From the NCBI RefSeq assembly GCF_048593235.1, contig NC_133618.1:230878221-230942220 (forward strand): DNA of 64,000 nt. Reading direction: 5' to 3'. Positions 37,405-51,668 of the stretch are shown one piece after another. A model generated the notes under the pieces. The model searched no databases and was not told the origin of the DNA. It was given only the letters and a program-made list of their open reading frames with translations. This stretch comes from Sminthopsis crassicaudata (Eukaryota). Numbering within the stretch: position 1 is the stretch's first letter; every line of letters begins with the position of its first letter. A program made the position numbers and the translations under genes.

Positions 37405-38690
37405 TTTTTAATTAAATTTTCAAATTTTTAGTTCTAAATCCCATCTCCCTCTAGCTCTTCCTCCATTGAGAAGATAAGAAATTATACTCATTATATACAT
37501 GAAGTCATGCAAAACATATTTCCATATTAGCCATATTGTAAAAAATATAAGCAAGAAAAAATAAAGTAGTAAAAATACAAATTCATTAATTTATTCTCTG
37601 CGTGTGCATACATTTTTCATCATAAAACCTTTGGATCACTGTACAGATGAGAATAGTTAATTCTTTTACAGTTGGCCATAGTGTAATATTTCTGTCACAG
37701 CTACAATCTTCTTCTCATTCTTATCTTCTTTATTTTGCATCAGTTCATGTAAATCTTAACTGGTTTTTCTGAAACCATTCTATTTGTCATTTTTAGATTT
37801 TTTTTTTTTTTTGAGGCTGGGATTAAGTGACTTGCCCAGGGTCACACAGCTAGGAAGTATTAGTGTCTGAGACCAGATTTGAACTCAGATCCTCCTGAAT
37901 TAAGGGTTGGTGCTCTATCCACTGTGCCACCTAGCTGCCCCCTATTTGTCATTTTTTACAGCATAAAAGCATTTCATCATAATCGGATATCACACTTATT
38001 CAGCCATTCCCTAAATGATGGTTATTCCTTCAGTTTCCAGTTCTTTGCCATCACAAAAAGCACTTTTATAATTTGTTTTTACATATATAGATCCTTTTCC
38101 TTTTTCTTTGATCTCTTTGGGGTATAAATTAGTAATGGTATTTCAGAGTCAAAGGACATACAGAGTTTCATAGCAAAAAATAGTTCCAAATTGTTCTCCA
38201 GAATGGCTGAACTAGTTTACAATGCCACCATCAGTGCGTTAGTGTCCGTTTTTCCACATCCCCTCCAGCATTTGTCATTGTCCTTTTCTGTAATGTCAGT
38301 CAATCGATCTGAAAAGTTCCAAGTGATATCTCAGAGTTGGTTTAATGTGCATTTTTCTAATTATTAGTGATTTAGAGTATTTTTTTCATATGACTATAGA
38401 TAGCTTTGAATTCTTTTTCTGAAAAATGTTCATATCCTTTGATCATTTATCATTTGGGGAATGACTTTTAGGTTTGATAAATTGGCTTAGTTCTCTATAT
38501 ATTTAAGAAATGAGATCTTTTTCATAGAAATTTGCTGTAAATTTTTTTTCAGTTTCCTAGTTTTCTTCTAATTTTGGCTACATTGGTTCTATTTGTACAA
38601 AACCCTTTTAATTTAATATACTTAAAAGTATCCACTTTACTTTGCATATTTCTTGTTTGGTCATGAACTGAGTGAGTTTACTTTTTATTA
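37405..38690 (-). mobile_element. Old L1 3' region containing a nested WSINE1
   Basis: Antisense ORF2-end motifs (cagccattc..., gttccaaattgttctccagaatgg); SINE flanked by ctatttgtcattttt repeat. Confidence 0.75.
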
Positions 38691-41600
38691 AATATTGAAA
38701 TATTATTAATAATTCTAGAGTCATATTTGTCTTTTGTGTAAGATAAGTAAAAAAATCTCTTTTCTAATAATATATAACAATTCATTTTTTCCTACAACAA
38801 AAACACAAGTACTTAAGAAAATACTTGTAAGATTAGAAGGTATATATAAGCTCCCACCTGCTTTAGTTCTCTTCTCTTCCCATCGTGTCTTCAGATTTTC
38901 AGCTCTTGACTACTATAGACAGTCTGAAGAACAAAAGGGTAAAAAAAAAAGTTAAGGTCAGAGAAAAGAGGTTATTTATTAAATAAGTGCTTACTATGTG
39001 GTCAGCATAGTGCATTTTGAAGAATGGATAAAATGCCAACATGTTGTGAAGTAGGAAAGGCACAGAGAATGGTAAAAACAAAGATCTGGAGGTGGAAAAT
39101 CTTGATGGTGTAGAAGAACATGTGTTGAAAAGACTATATACTCTAGAAGGGGAGCAACAGAAAACAAGGCTATAAAGAGGCTGCTTGGAGCTAGATCATA
39201 GAAGACCTTGAATGTTGAAATGAGGAGCTGGGACAGATAACAAATCATTAAGTGCTAAGTTCTAAGATTTTTCCATTGAAGATGCCTGTTCTTCAAGACA
39301 ACCTGAAAATTTTAGGCAGGATTGCTTTAACATTCCCTTAGGTATCTATGCTCATTCAGTGTAAATAGGATTGAGACAGAGGTCAGAAAGTTATGTTATC
39401 TAAGAAGTTTATCCTATTGAGAGGGTAAGCTTTGCTTATTTCACTTAAGTCTAACCCTTTTATTTTTCTGTTAAATTCTTAAAATTTTGCTTAAAAAAAA
39501 AAAAGGTTGCCTAAGATCTTGTTTTAGGGCTATAGTCATAGAAATGTCAGAATTGGAAGGCCTCTAGATTACAGAACATCAGAACTGGAACAGATGCTAT
39601 AACAGAAGAGCTAAAAGGTGCCCTAAAGGATCATCTGGTACAATCTTTTCATTTTAAAAATGAGTCATGAAAAACATTGAGAGGGAAAGTGAATTATGTA
39701 ATTATTCTTACATTTATGTACTCTCAATTCACAAACATTAAGTTAGTTCTTTGTAAAAGCCCATTTAGGATGGAGTTCATCTTTCATGTTGTAATTTTAT
39801 TTTCATAATTCTCAGAAGCAGTAGGGTATCTACCTGAAACCCAGTTAAATGCATTTTCTCATATGCTTATAAGGCTCTGCTGTTGAGTTACAAGCCAGTA
39901 GTAACTCTCAGTGACCAAGACCCTAGATGCCTCAGGAAGATATTCTGGCCTTCAAATCAAGTGAGCCTTTCTTAGTGGTTAGAAGGTCAGAAACAGTAAA
40001 ATAAGATGATTCAATGAAAAAAGGGCACAATACAGTTTATCTCAGGAAGTAAAAATAAGAAAAACAAAACCAAACAAAGGGAAGGTTTAGCCCCTCCTAG
40101 AAAGAAAAAACATAAAGATAGGAAGTACTTTAGTACTTGTCAGAACTGGGAGGGACCTTAGAACTGAATGAGAATTGGGAGAAAATTACTTTAGAGGTCA
40201 TTTAGGCCAATCCATTTTACAGGAGAAACTGAAAACATGTGGAGTTGCCTTAAAAGTCAAATGTAGTATATTCTATTTCATTTCTGGACAGCTCTTTTAC
40301 TTTAAATTTATATGTTCCAAATTTACAAGAAAAAAATATAGATTTAGAGCTTAGAGATCATCTTGTCTAGTCTAGTCATAGATAGGAAAGCTAAGGCCCA
40401 AAGACAGGGAAGGGTCTAAGCTCACTGAGTCAGTTAAGAAGTGTAGTCTGGACAAGAGCTTAATTAAGTTCAGTATATTTTTCACTACAACATGTATCAA
40501 ATGGGACAAAATACAAGTAGGTTTGAGCAACTGCCAACATGTAGCCTGAACCAGGATGAAATTCAAGCCATGGTTAGATAAAAGATCCAGTGATAGTATT
40601 GTACCAAGTTTTCATTCCATTTACCCAAATTGTCTCGAATTTCATATATTTCTAGAACAGAGCTCCCTGGTCTTTTTGAGGAAAACTTCTTTTATTTCCT
40701 CATAGTCCATGATCAGATGATCAGGGCCTAGAGCTAAGAGTTCTTCACCTTGTCTGTATCATAGACCCTTTTTGAGGTCTGACAAGGTCTTTCTTTAAAA
40801 ACAATGTTTTTAAATGCATAAAATAAAATATATAGGATTACAAAGGAAACCAATTAAATTAAAATACAATTCACTCACCACACACACACATTTAAGTTCA
40901 CATTCCCTAGGTTAAGAATCCCTATATTTTACAGATGAAGAAAGCTCAAGAACTATATGACTTGCCCAAAGGCTACATAGTTAATAAATTTCAGAATAAT
41001 AATATTCGGAACCTAAATTCCCTGACTAAATCTAACACAATATCACATAGGTAAGGTGTGATAAGTTTTGCAGATGGAAGAGCGAATGAATTACTGGGAT
41101 CAGAGAGCATGATCCCCTTCTTGCTAGAAATCCTTCTGAGCTGCCTTGAGAGACTGCCCAGTAAACCTTCACTACCCAGTGACTACTACTAGCTTGTGTC
41201 TTATCTGGCGGTGGGACTTTTAGGACCTTCCACCACCTGGTGCTCCCTAACCGTTCCAACTGTGTGTCATGTTCCTTTCCTTCAGTACTCTAGGCTTGGT
41301 ATTCATGGGTCTGCGAGAATGTCCCTCTCCTCATATTCTAGGCTTTACTTGCTCATGCTATTATACATCCCTAGAAGCTCTGGCTTCAAAAAATATCCTA
41401 CCTATCTTTAAGATGCATCTCAGACACCAGATCCTTCATGAAGGTTTCCTGAGCCACACTGCTGTCTCCTACTCCACCCCATCACTATTCCATGTCAGAA
41501 TTTTTTCATTCCCTTATTTCAAAAGCACTTTGTTCCTGTTATGCTTTTATGATGTTATTTTTCTGCTGTTGTATACACAAGAGGTTGATCAGAGGTATTC

Positions 41601-42563
41601 TCAAGGGTAATGAGTCTTTGGCACCTTTTGCTCATTAACAGGGATAAACTTATTGCCTCAGAGGTCTCCTCTTTGCGCTGACACAAGAGGGGATGTCAGC
41701 AGCAGAGCTCGGTCTCCTTTGCCTTTTTTTCTCTTCAGAGGACAGGTCAGAGAGCAGCCCAACTAAGATTAGAGCCGTGGGTCCCATTCCTAATTGAAGC
41801 CTTGAGCCAGAGGCTTGGGGACAGGATAGGAAGAAGGCTGCATTTGCTCTCATCCATGCAGTCCATTAGAGGAGTTCCTGTTGAATCTTAAATCCTTGCC
41901 TCCAGCTTTGAGTGGCAGTGCCATGAGCTGAGAGAGGCAGCAGGCCTGCAGCCATGAAAGGGGAGCCACACAACCAAATGGTGCAATTTTCTGCATCTCA
42001 GCTACCTGGACAGAGGCTAGGGGATGTCCTTGTCACCTCTGGCTTGGCTGTCTTGTTTCTCTAGCAACTCCCAAGTTTTAGAGTTCCAGAATCCAGCTTT
42101 CCAATGCTTTCCTGGCAAAACTAGCCTCTTGAGGAAAAAAGTCTAACACTCTGGTCTCCAGAACTAGAGGAGCAAACAGTCTAAGTCACAATATGAAGGT
42201 ATAACAAGCCCATTCTTTGCCCTTCACTATTACCATGACTTATTTGGACATTTCAGGGATATGGAGGAGGGGTCTGTAAAAACATGTAAGCTCATTGAGA
42301 GTAAGGATTATTAAAGCATGGTGTCTGATATTTGTTAGGTTTTTAGTAAGTGCTTATTGCTGCTTGCTTCTCTAACAACCCCAAATAAGTACAAAAGGTT
42401 CCTAAGTCTTTAAGCTATAGTATCATAAAGTATGTGACTATATGGATTTCTGGGGTCAAACTGGAGCATATCAGAATACTGGATGTTGCTCTTTCCTAGC
42501 AACTTCCAGTTCATTTCATTCATTTTTCAGGAAAAACAAACCACTGGCCACTATGATTTTGAG

Positions 42564-42741
42564 CAGGGCTTCTTAAACTTTTTCCACTCATGACCCATTT
42601 TCACCTAAGAAATTTGTATATGACCTTGGGTATAATGGCATATGAAATATGTATACAAATCAAACATTTACTGACAATAAATCATAATTTCATGACTCCC
42701 ACAACTATATGGGGTCAGGACCCACAGTTTAAAAAGCTTTG
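42564..42741. mobile_element. hAT MITE
   Basis: TIRs cagggcttcttaaact ... agtttaaaaagctttg; 8-bp TSD 7/8 identical (attttgag / atttagag). Confidence 0.8.
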
Positions 42742-45700
42742 ATTTAGAGGACTACATATACTCTGTAGGAAGAGGCAGAAGTGAAACTCATCAGAGAAAG
42801 AAGGATAATGTTATCTACTATTTATGGTCTAGTACAAATATTTATGTTTTTCTATATTCTCTGTCACGTGGAATAAAGGTTATATCTCACATGGCCTTGT
42901 TACCTTGAGTGTTTAAATGGGATCTTGGTACATTTTTACTTAAGAGCTGTGCATAAGCTACACAAACTGTAGTTGGGAGAATTCCCATAGGAAGCTCTAG
43001 GTAGTAACAGCATGAAAAAAAAAAAAAAAAAAAAAAAAGGAAGAGTAATTTGGGGAAGCTGCCCCTCAAGACTAAACCCAATTCACACAAACCCAAAAGC
43101 TGGGCTTCTTGGCCAGGTTATATATAACTCCCAGGTTCGCAGGATCATAGATTTATAGCTGGAAGGATCTTCAAGGCTGAGATCAATACATGTATTCTCA
43201 TTTTATGGGAGTGCAAGTTCCGTGACTTGAATTGCATCTCACAACTAATAACAGTTTCTGAAATGGATTTGAATATAGCTCTTCCTGATTCTAAATCTAA
43301 TTCTCTACTACTCTAGGCTGCTCCTACAACTTTACTATGATTAAATTTTTTTTTAATTTTATGAAAAAAGTAATAAACTCACATTTCTATGGCATATTAA
43401 CGTTTACAAAATACTTCCCTCAAACAACTCTGTAAGGAAGGAGGAATGAGGCCAGTGATTTCTTGGGAAAATAAACAAGCTTCTGCTGGGCAAGAGGAAT
43501 CTACTTTCTGATTAAGGGCCAATGCTGGCTCCTTCCTATATTATAGCATCAGTCTTTCTGGCCTTTAGTATTATTACTTTCTTAAGTGGTTACTGAGGGT
43601 AATGACCAAAACACTATTCTTCTCCTTAGATGAAACAATGTTCAAAAGCTTTCCCAAGGCTTTTCTGAAAGGCCTGTAGAACAGTGATCTCAGATCCACA
43701 CTCAGATTCCATGTTTTTTTGCAATTTGAATCCTAGACTGTCCAGATCAGTTTTCAGCTTGGTATCACTTCTGACCTCTCATTCAGACACAAACAGCAGA
43801 GAGCTTAGGGGTCAAAGAACTGATTTCTTCAAAGTATGCAGGAAGTAACACCTGCTAGCAGCTTCTTTAAATAATTCCAGCAAAGTTTCTCTTGCTTCTG
43901 GGGTAGGATCCACTTCTGCTTTAGGTCCAGTTTTACAACTGTGACTTTAGCCTCCAATTACTATAGTACCAACAGTCTCTAAATCCTACTTGTAATGGGA
44001 AATCAGTAGCATTTCTAGGTCTCATCCATCACAGGTCAGTAGTGATATTATTGAATTAAGAAATGACTTTATTTTACTCAGAATAAACACCTTCCTGAAG
44101 TTGACCTCTGCTTATAGTGGTACAGCACTGGCTGAAGACTGGGAATCTCTTTGGAGTTAAACATATGCTATACGCCTGTTATGTGTTCCTGCACCAATGT
44201 CTAAAAAGCCTGTAACAAACCCAATGAATGGGGGATGGGGTAGAGAATGGTTTAAAGTGAAAAGCCTAATGCAAGGAGAGATAGTGATAAGTGGAGTGTG
44301 CTAAAACACTGCTGGAATGGAAAGACTAATATTTATGTTATTTGTCTCACTGAGTTATGAAAAAATACTTTGTCAACAATAAAGAATCAAAAAAATATGA
44401 GTTACTATTAATGCTATTTTATCAGATACAACAATATACATATGTATATATTCTGGCTAGTATTTCTATAGTTCTTTATTAGTAGCAATTTATTTTTCAT
44501 TCAGAGCAGCAATAAAAATTAAGAATTATAAGATTTAATCATTTACTAGTGAAATAAAGACAATTTCCCCCAATCAATAAACAAAATATATCCCAGTCTT
44601 TATAAGGATCCAAAATGCTGTGAAATCCCCTAAATTTCCAGTGATTTAAGCCTTAGGTCTCTGCCTTTTCTCAAATCCAGCACTGCTCAATTTAATCCCA
44701 TGCAGAAAAATATAAATGATCCATGGAAAAGAGGAACAGTCATTTTTTTAGAATAGTAACTTCCCTGATAGTCCTAGAACTTAGAGATATTAGAACTCAG
44801 AACAGAGAATATTAGAGCTAGAAGGGACTTGGAGGTCCTCTGGTCTAGTTCTTCCTTTGACAGAATAAAAAATTGAAGTTAGAGGCTCTTACTTCAGGGT
44901 AAGCTTTGAGAGGTTAACTTTTATTTTTTATTATATCTTGAATTGGGATAATTTCCCCCTCTTCTCTTCACATTAGAAACTGGAACGCCAATATAATGGA
45001 AAATTTACTGGGCACAGAGTTGAAGGACCTAGGTTTGAATTCTTCTCATTGGGCTACTTGCTAGCAAAAGGAATGTGGGCACAATCACTTACCCCTCTGG
45101 AACCCTATTTCCTTGACTACAAAATTAGGAGGTTGGTTAGGTAAATTCTAAAGTCCCTCCCAACTTAAAGTCCTAAAATCTTATTTGATCCTTGTTTTCT
45201 CCCTCACTTGCCTCTATGAAATATGAAAAACGGCTAGAAACTTGTTCCCAGCATCTGTGTCAGTTCAAACAGTGTTGACTCCCCTCAGGGACCAGAAATA
45301 TTTTCTTCCCTACGGCCAGATTTCTTTCAAGTTCTGACCTAAGTTTGTGTGAATCTTGGCTTATAGTTTCAGTGGTAAAACTTTTGAAATATATTTAAAC
45401 TACTTTTCAGGGATGGTGAATGGGAGACAACATCCTAAGATAACTATCCAATCTCACATATTTTCAACCCACTGTGATTGTGCCCATGCTTTATAGCAAC
45501 AATAATTTCATGCCTCCCTTTTAGTACTAAAGTGGTTCCTTATATTTATATACCTGAAAGCAGGTAACCACCCAAGAACTTACATGCTCTATTTGCCAAA
45601 AATAAATAGCAAATTACAAAAACAAAGAAAACACCATGTGGCAAAGTAAATGAGAACGGAACGTGTTTGGGGATTTAAAATGCCATCTATCTCAACATTT

Positions 45701-48700
45701 GTTCTTAGAACCATAAAATGTCTGATAAAGAAAGAGTCTTAGAAGAGAAAAATGTTGACACTGGAAGAATCCTCAGAATACAGACTATCAGAGTTGAGAG
45801 GAGTCTTAACATACTTACAGCTTTTAAAAACAACATATATCTGCATTCTCTCAATTCTACAGTTGAAGAAACAGAAGTCCTGAAAAATTAAAGTGGCTTC
45901 TTTAATGTCACTAATCTATCAATCTAGTTGGTGGCAGAGCCAGAATTAAGAATCCAGATTCCTTATATCTCAGACCAATATTCTTTCTACCATACCAAGA
46001 TAATATAGTCTATATAATTAAAACATGATCATCTAACTTTATAAAACTTACTGATATTCTTAACCCCCAATTAAATATCCACTTTTTCTAGACAAAACCT
46101 AACAGGAACATATCTGGATAACACAACTGTCTTAAGAAGTTTCAAGTAAGGCATCATTTTCAGGGCAAATATCTATTTCTATACATATCACATGTGTAAG
46201 TCAGCTGTTCAGTTACCAATGTGCCATCAATGTCTCTTTCTAGAAAGCTCATCTCTATTCTTGGCCTCTGCTTTTCCCTGGAAGGGATTTGAGATTCTAC
46301 TTACAGAGACTCTCTGGGCTCTGGGAATTTCCACTTGAGAACTAGGCATGTAAAGCAAGGAATCCTGGTTACCACCCTGGCTGTCAGCACAAGAGAAAGG
46401 ATGGCTTGGCTGCCGTAGAGGGAACTGTGAGGAGAGCTGCTCCTCTCTATCTCCTAAATGAAATGTGTTTCTAGGCTTTAGTGGGAGTTTCCCACATAGC
46501 TTGCCAAGCAAGTCCCCATTTGCTGTAATGCAATGCTCAGCCTGATGATGTCAACCAGTCATTTGCCTAGCTTCCACCTCCAAGCCCACAGCAGAGATCC
46601 GCTTCCTCAGGACAATGAACTTGGTGCCGTAACTTCATCCTAGGCTGGCCACATATGTCTGACATCCTTCCTTCCATTTTCAGCACTGCTCTCAGTGACA
46701 AAAGGTTTCCTATGCTCACTTCATTAGCCCTGGGATCCAGGCATCCTTACCCTTTGTTTCTTACTGCCTGATGACTAATTTATAATGTTTGCTTTGCAGC
46801 ATTTCAATGATTTTCTTTGGACCAGGGTGTTTTCCCCATTACCTTCTTCCTGTCAAGTTGATGAAATTGTTTGGTTTCCCACAGAATTTCATTAAAGAAT
46901 ATGCAGTAAGCCCACAGGCTAGGCCCAGCACTGTACTGGGGGCTTAAAGCCAGCAGCTCAGGTTTCATTCCAGCTTCCCTGACAGTGATAAGAAGGAGGT
47001 GCTGTAACCATTGGCCTCACTTTAGAATGAGGGAATTGGGATTCAGGAGGCTCTTGCCCCGGGGGGGTCACACAGTGGAGTTTTGAAACAAATGACTCCT
47101 AGACCAATGTTCTTTAACTACAAGGCCTCCTACAAAGCATGACACAGGCTGAAGACAATTCTAGAAATGAAAATATAAATGGATTCCAAAATGATTGGAC
47201 ATTTATGGATGACAGCTACTTTTCAAGTTCACATCCGAAAGGGGGTCTTTCCTTTTTCACAGGCTCCTGCAGGTCCTCTGATGGTCACAGAACACTGGAC
47301 TGGGAGACTTTGTCCCACTTAACACACTCATTTACTACTTCCTAGGGCACAGTTTTCAAATCTGTAAAGTGAAGGGATTAGATTATTTCTATATTCTGTT
47401 ATAAAGAGGAACTTTCAGCTCTAGCAAAATGGAGAACTCTTATGATTTAATTCTCTTTCTGAACCAGTTTTACCATGCCTAAAATAATACCAGAACTGCC
47501 TTCCTATGTCTTTTTTTTTTTTTTTTTTCTTTTGCTGAGGCAACTGGGATTAAGTGACTTGCCGAGGTCACAAAGCTAGGAAGTGTTAAATGTCTGAGGT
47601 CATGTTTGAACTAAGGTCCTCCTGACTTCAGGGCTGGAGCTCTAACCACTGCACCATCTAATTGCCCCTTTCCTGTGTCTTAAAGATGTTGTAAGAATGA
47701 ACAATATCCATGAAGTCAAAAGTTCTGATGTCTGGGAAAAGGCATTAAATACACTGAAGACATTATTATTAGTGATGGAGCAAAATTCTCCTAAGTATCA
47801 AAGGAAGTATTCTCCTAAGCATATTCAATGTAAGGGGCTTGCACTTACTTTGTAATCAGGAAAGTATGTCTTCATTCCAACAATTTGAATGGGCTTCAGG
47901 AAATGGAAACAATTTCCAAACAGCTCAGTTGATGGAATTATTCTCTTTATTCTGAATCATGCACCAATACTTAACCAAAATTAAGAAACAACAAAAACAA
48001 AGCCATCATTTTCTTCTTTTATAACCCTTAATTTATAAAACTTCCCCTGAAGAGAAAACTGTTCTTCATATATCAACTAATTTATAAAAGAAAACCTTAA
48101 CATTAAATTGACTTCATTTCAAAGGAATTGACTTTCTGCAATTCCTCCAACATTGACTACTGCCATTTTGGGGTTATTTTTGTTAATTGGCAGATAAAAA
48201 CTCAACTGTTCTTTCCTCAATAGTATTTTATTTTTCCAAATACATGAAGATAATTTTCAACATTCATTGTTATAATATTTTGTGTTCCAAATTTTTTCTC
48301 CCTCCTTCCTTTACTTCCCTATCTCTAAGACTGCAAGCAATCTGATATGGGTTTTACATATATAATCCTTTTAAATATATTTTCATATTTGCCATATTGT
48401 GTAAGAAAAATCAGACCAAAAGAGAAAAAGCCATGAGAATAAAAAAAAAAAAAGGTGAAAATACTATGCCTTGAATTACAGTGAGTCTCCATAGTTCTCT
48501 CTCTTTGATACTGATGTCATTTTCTATCTCAAGTTTTTTGGAATTGTCTTGGATCACAGCATTGCTAAGAAGAGCTAAGTCTATCATCAAATAATCTTGC
48601 TGTTACTGTTTTGGTGGGGTTTTGTTTTGCTTTTGCAAGGCAATCGGGGTTAAGTAACTTGCTCAGAGTCACCCAGATAGTAAGTATCAAGTATCTGAAG

Positions 48701-49319
48701 CCAGGAATACTTTTTCATGTGGTTATGAATATAGTTTTAATTTTGTAATTCTTTTGAAAACTGTTTCTTCATATCCTTTGACCATGTATTGGGAAAACTA
48801 CTATTAGCCATAAACATATACACATATATGTACATGTAAATATTTTTTGTTAATTGTTTCTGTATATTGAATATTAAACCCTTATCAGAGAAATCTGAAA
48901 CAAAGATTTTTACCGTTTAAAAACTTTCAAATAGTTTTAAGGGTCAAATGAGTTAATATAGATGAACATTTTTTTATAATCTTAATAATGCTTTATTTAT
49001 GAGATTCCAGGAGCTCAACTTGGAAGAGTCTTCCTTTTACAAATGAGTGAAGCGTGGCCTCAACATATTAATGCACTCTTTTGCCTAAGGTCACAGAGAT
49101 ACTAAGTAGTCAGAGCAAGGACTTAAAACTCAGGTCTTCTGACTTCAAATTCAGTGATTTTTAAAATGTATCACAATGACTATTATCCTATTTATACTTT
49201 ATAGTGAAAAAATCTGAGGCCTAGCATTCACTGTATAAATGGAAGAAAAGAATCAGAGGCTTATTAACGTTAAGATTTGGACAGGATTATCAAAAGCAAA
49301 TTTGGGAAGCAAGGGAATA

Positions 49320-50165
49320 GTTTACGTATAAGATCTTTGGAGAAGAGAGGAATTTATGACCAAAGAAGAACTAAAGAACATAATGAAATGCAAAATAGAC
49401 AACTTTGATTACATTAAATTCAAAAAGGTTTTGCACAAACAAGACCAACATCAACAAAATTAAAAGGAAAGCATAAAGCTGGAAAAAAAAATTTTTTTAC
49501 AGCTAGTGTTTCTGACAAAGACCTCATTTCTAAAATATAAAAAGAATTATATATAAAATGTATAAAGATATTTATGATAATACAAGTCATTCCCCAACTG
49601 ATAAATAATCAAAGATATGAGCAATTTTCAGATGATGAAATTAAAGCACTCTACAATCATATGATTTCAATCACTGTTGATTAAAGAAATGCAAATTAAA
49701 ACAACTCTGAGGTACCAGTTCACACCTCTCAGATTGGCTAAGATGACAGGAAAAGATAATAATAAATATTGGAAGGAATGTAGGAAAACTGAGACACTGA
49801 TGCATTGTTGGTGGAGTTGTAAAACGATCCAATCATTCTGGAAAGCAATTTGGAACTATCCAGCAATACCACTACTGGATCTATATCCCAAGGAAACATA
49901 AAGGAGGGAAAAGGATCCACATTTGCAAAAATGTTTGTAGCAAATCTTTTCGTGGTAACAAAGAATTAGAAAATGAATAGATGCTTATCAGTTGGGGACT
50001 GGCTGAATAAATGATGGCATATTAATATTCCATTAAAATTATGAACAAGTTGATTTTAGAAAGGCCTGGAAAGAGTTACATGAATTGATACTGAGAGAAA
50101 CAAGCAAAACCAGAAAGACATTACACACAGTAACAGTAAGAATGTGAAATGATCAACTGTGAAAG
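49320..50165 (+). mobile_element. Old L1 ORF2 3' fragment
   Basis: ORF 49677-49901 [23 protein letters not shown]...HCWW. Confidence 0.85.
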
Positions 50166-51618
50166 AACTATTGAGGCTTTGGCTTATTCTCATCTATCTT
50201 TCTAATTTCAAGAGACACATTACTCTCTCTGCTTCTAGCCATGCCTTTTCCTTAACCCTCCCAATAGCTCCCTATAGCTCATGCCACATAGACATCACCA
50301 ACACAGAATAATGATAGACTGAGGATATTTAGGTGTGGACAGCTATAATAAAGGAGAGCCTAGAGGAGCAACACCCAAGGAATGGATAGGTTGGGGAAAT
50401 AATGCTTTGTCTTGCTATCTTTCTTGAGTCAGTCGGTTTCCTGACAGGGCCAAAGAAACAACATTTTAGCACAAACTTGGGCTGCGTATATAGGAAACAT
50501 GTTCCTTCCCTAAAAGAGAAGTGTTCCACAGAGTCACAAAAATTTAATTCAATTAAACTCAATTCCACAAAAATTTATTAGATATTAACTATGCACAGGC
50601 ATGGTGCAAGTAAGGAAGAGATCATCTAGTCCAATCCCATTTTCTTAAATAAGAGAAAGGGAGTAACCTAGAGAAATAGTCATTTGTCCAAGGTCACATA
50701 AGCAATAAGGAGCAGAGTAAAGATTCGAACCAGATCCTCTAAGTAAAAATCCAACACTCTTTTCACTATGCCACTGCTTCTTCATAACCTACTTATGACT
50801 GGCTCAATATAATAGGCTCTTGCAAATGAATGCAACAGAAGTGGAAAATATGTAGGAGGGTCTGATTTTTTCCAAAAGGAAAAATTTAAAAATAAACTAT
50901 GGAATGTCCAAAACTGTTCTCAGGGCAACATTTTGCTTGGCTTATTCAAGAGGCTTTTGAAATGTCTACAGCTTGCAGAAAATTTAGCTAGTTAGGCTGG
51001 AGTATGCTCAGTGATCCACTAAGGGCAACTCTGAAAGCAAATGACTCCCTACTCAGGGAGCGGCCATGTGCATGTTGGCCTTGAAAAGAGGGAGTGTGTG
51101 GCAATGGAATCTGCTTCTCAGTAATTAGCCATGTGTTCCTGTCTTTTTATAGTATCTATAAAATTTGTGATCTAAACAGCTCTGTAACAGGCAAGAGCTG
51201 GCAATGGTGTTCAAGAAGGAAGAAAAAGCTGGTCAAAGACAAATTTCATTCCAGGTCACAAATGCCACATTACAACTTTGCAAAATCCTTGACATTCTCC
51301 CAATCCAGGAAAAGAGCTTGATTTCTACAGATAGAAGAGAGCCCAAGTTTGGGCTAAAATGCTGTTTCTTTGGCTTGGTTACCCAGGCTCCTGAACAATG
51401 GGCCAGCAACAGCAAAGGGGGAAAGAAACTGTTTACTTGCAGCTACAACTATTTATAGCCTTGGCAATCTGCTCAGATTTGGATGATAAATCTCTGTGTT
51501 TCAAGTGAGCAGTTGTTTTGCTTCTGGAAAGTTTCTTCAAACAAATTTGTTCCCCTTATTGTCCCTTCCCAAGACCACTCCTCATATGTTCTCAGGAAAT
51601 TTTATTTGAACTTCTGTT

Positions 51619-51622
<4 letters not shown>

Positions 51623-51664
<42 letters not shown>
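51623..51664. repeat. (CA)21 microsatellite
   Basis: Direct reading. Confidence 0.97.

Positions 51665-51668
<4 letters not shown>

Noticed and set aside
41640-42060. GC-richer segment considered as alternative PKIG promoter or exon
   Set aside because: Few CpGs and no convincing splice pair or core promoter
43830-43945. Short protein-like minus-strand stretch (GPKAEVDPTPEARETLLELFKEAASR)
   Set aside because: No start codon, bounded by stops, no family recognised; a tBLASTn would be needed
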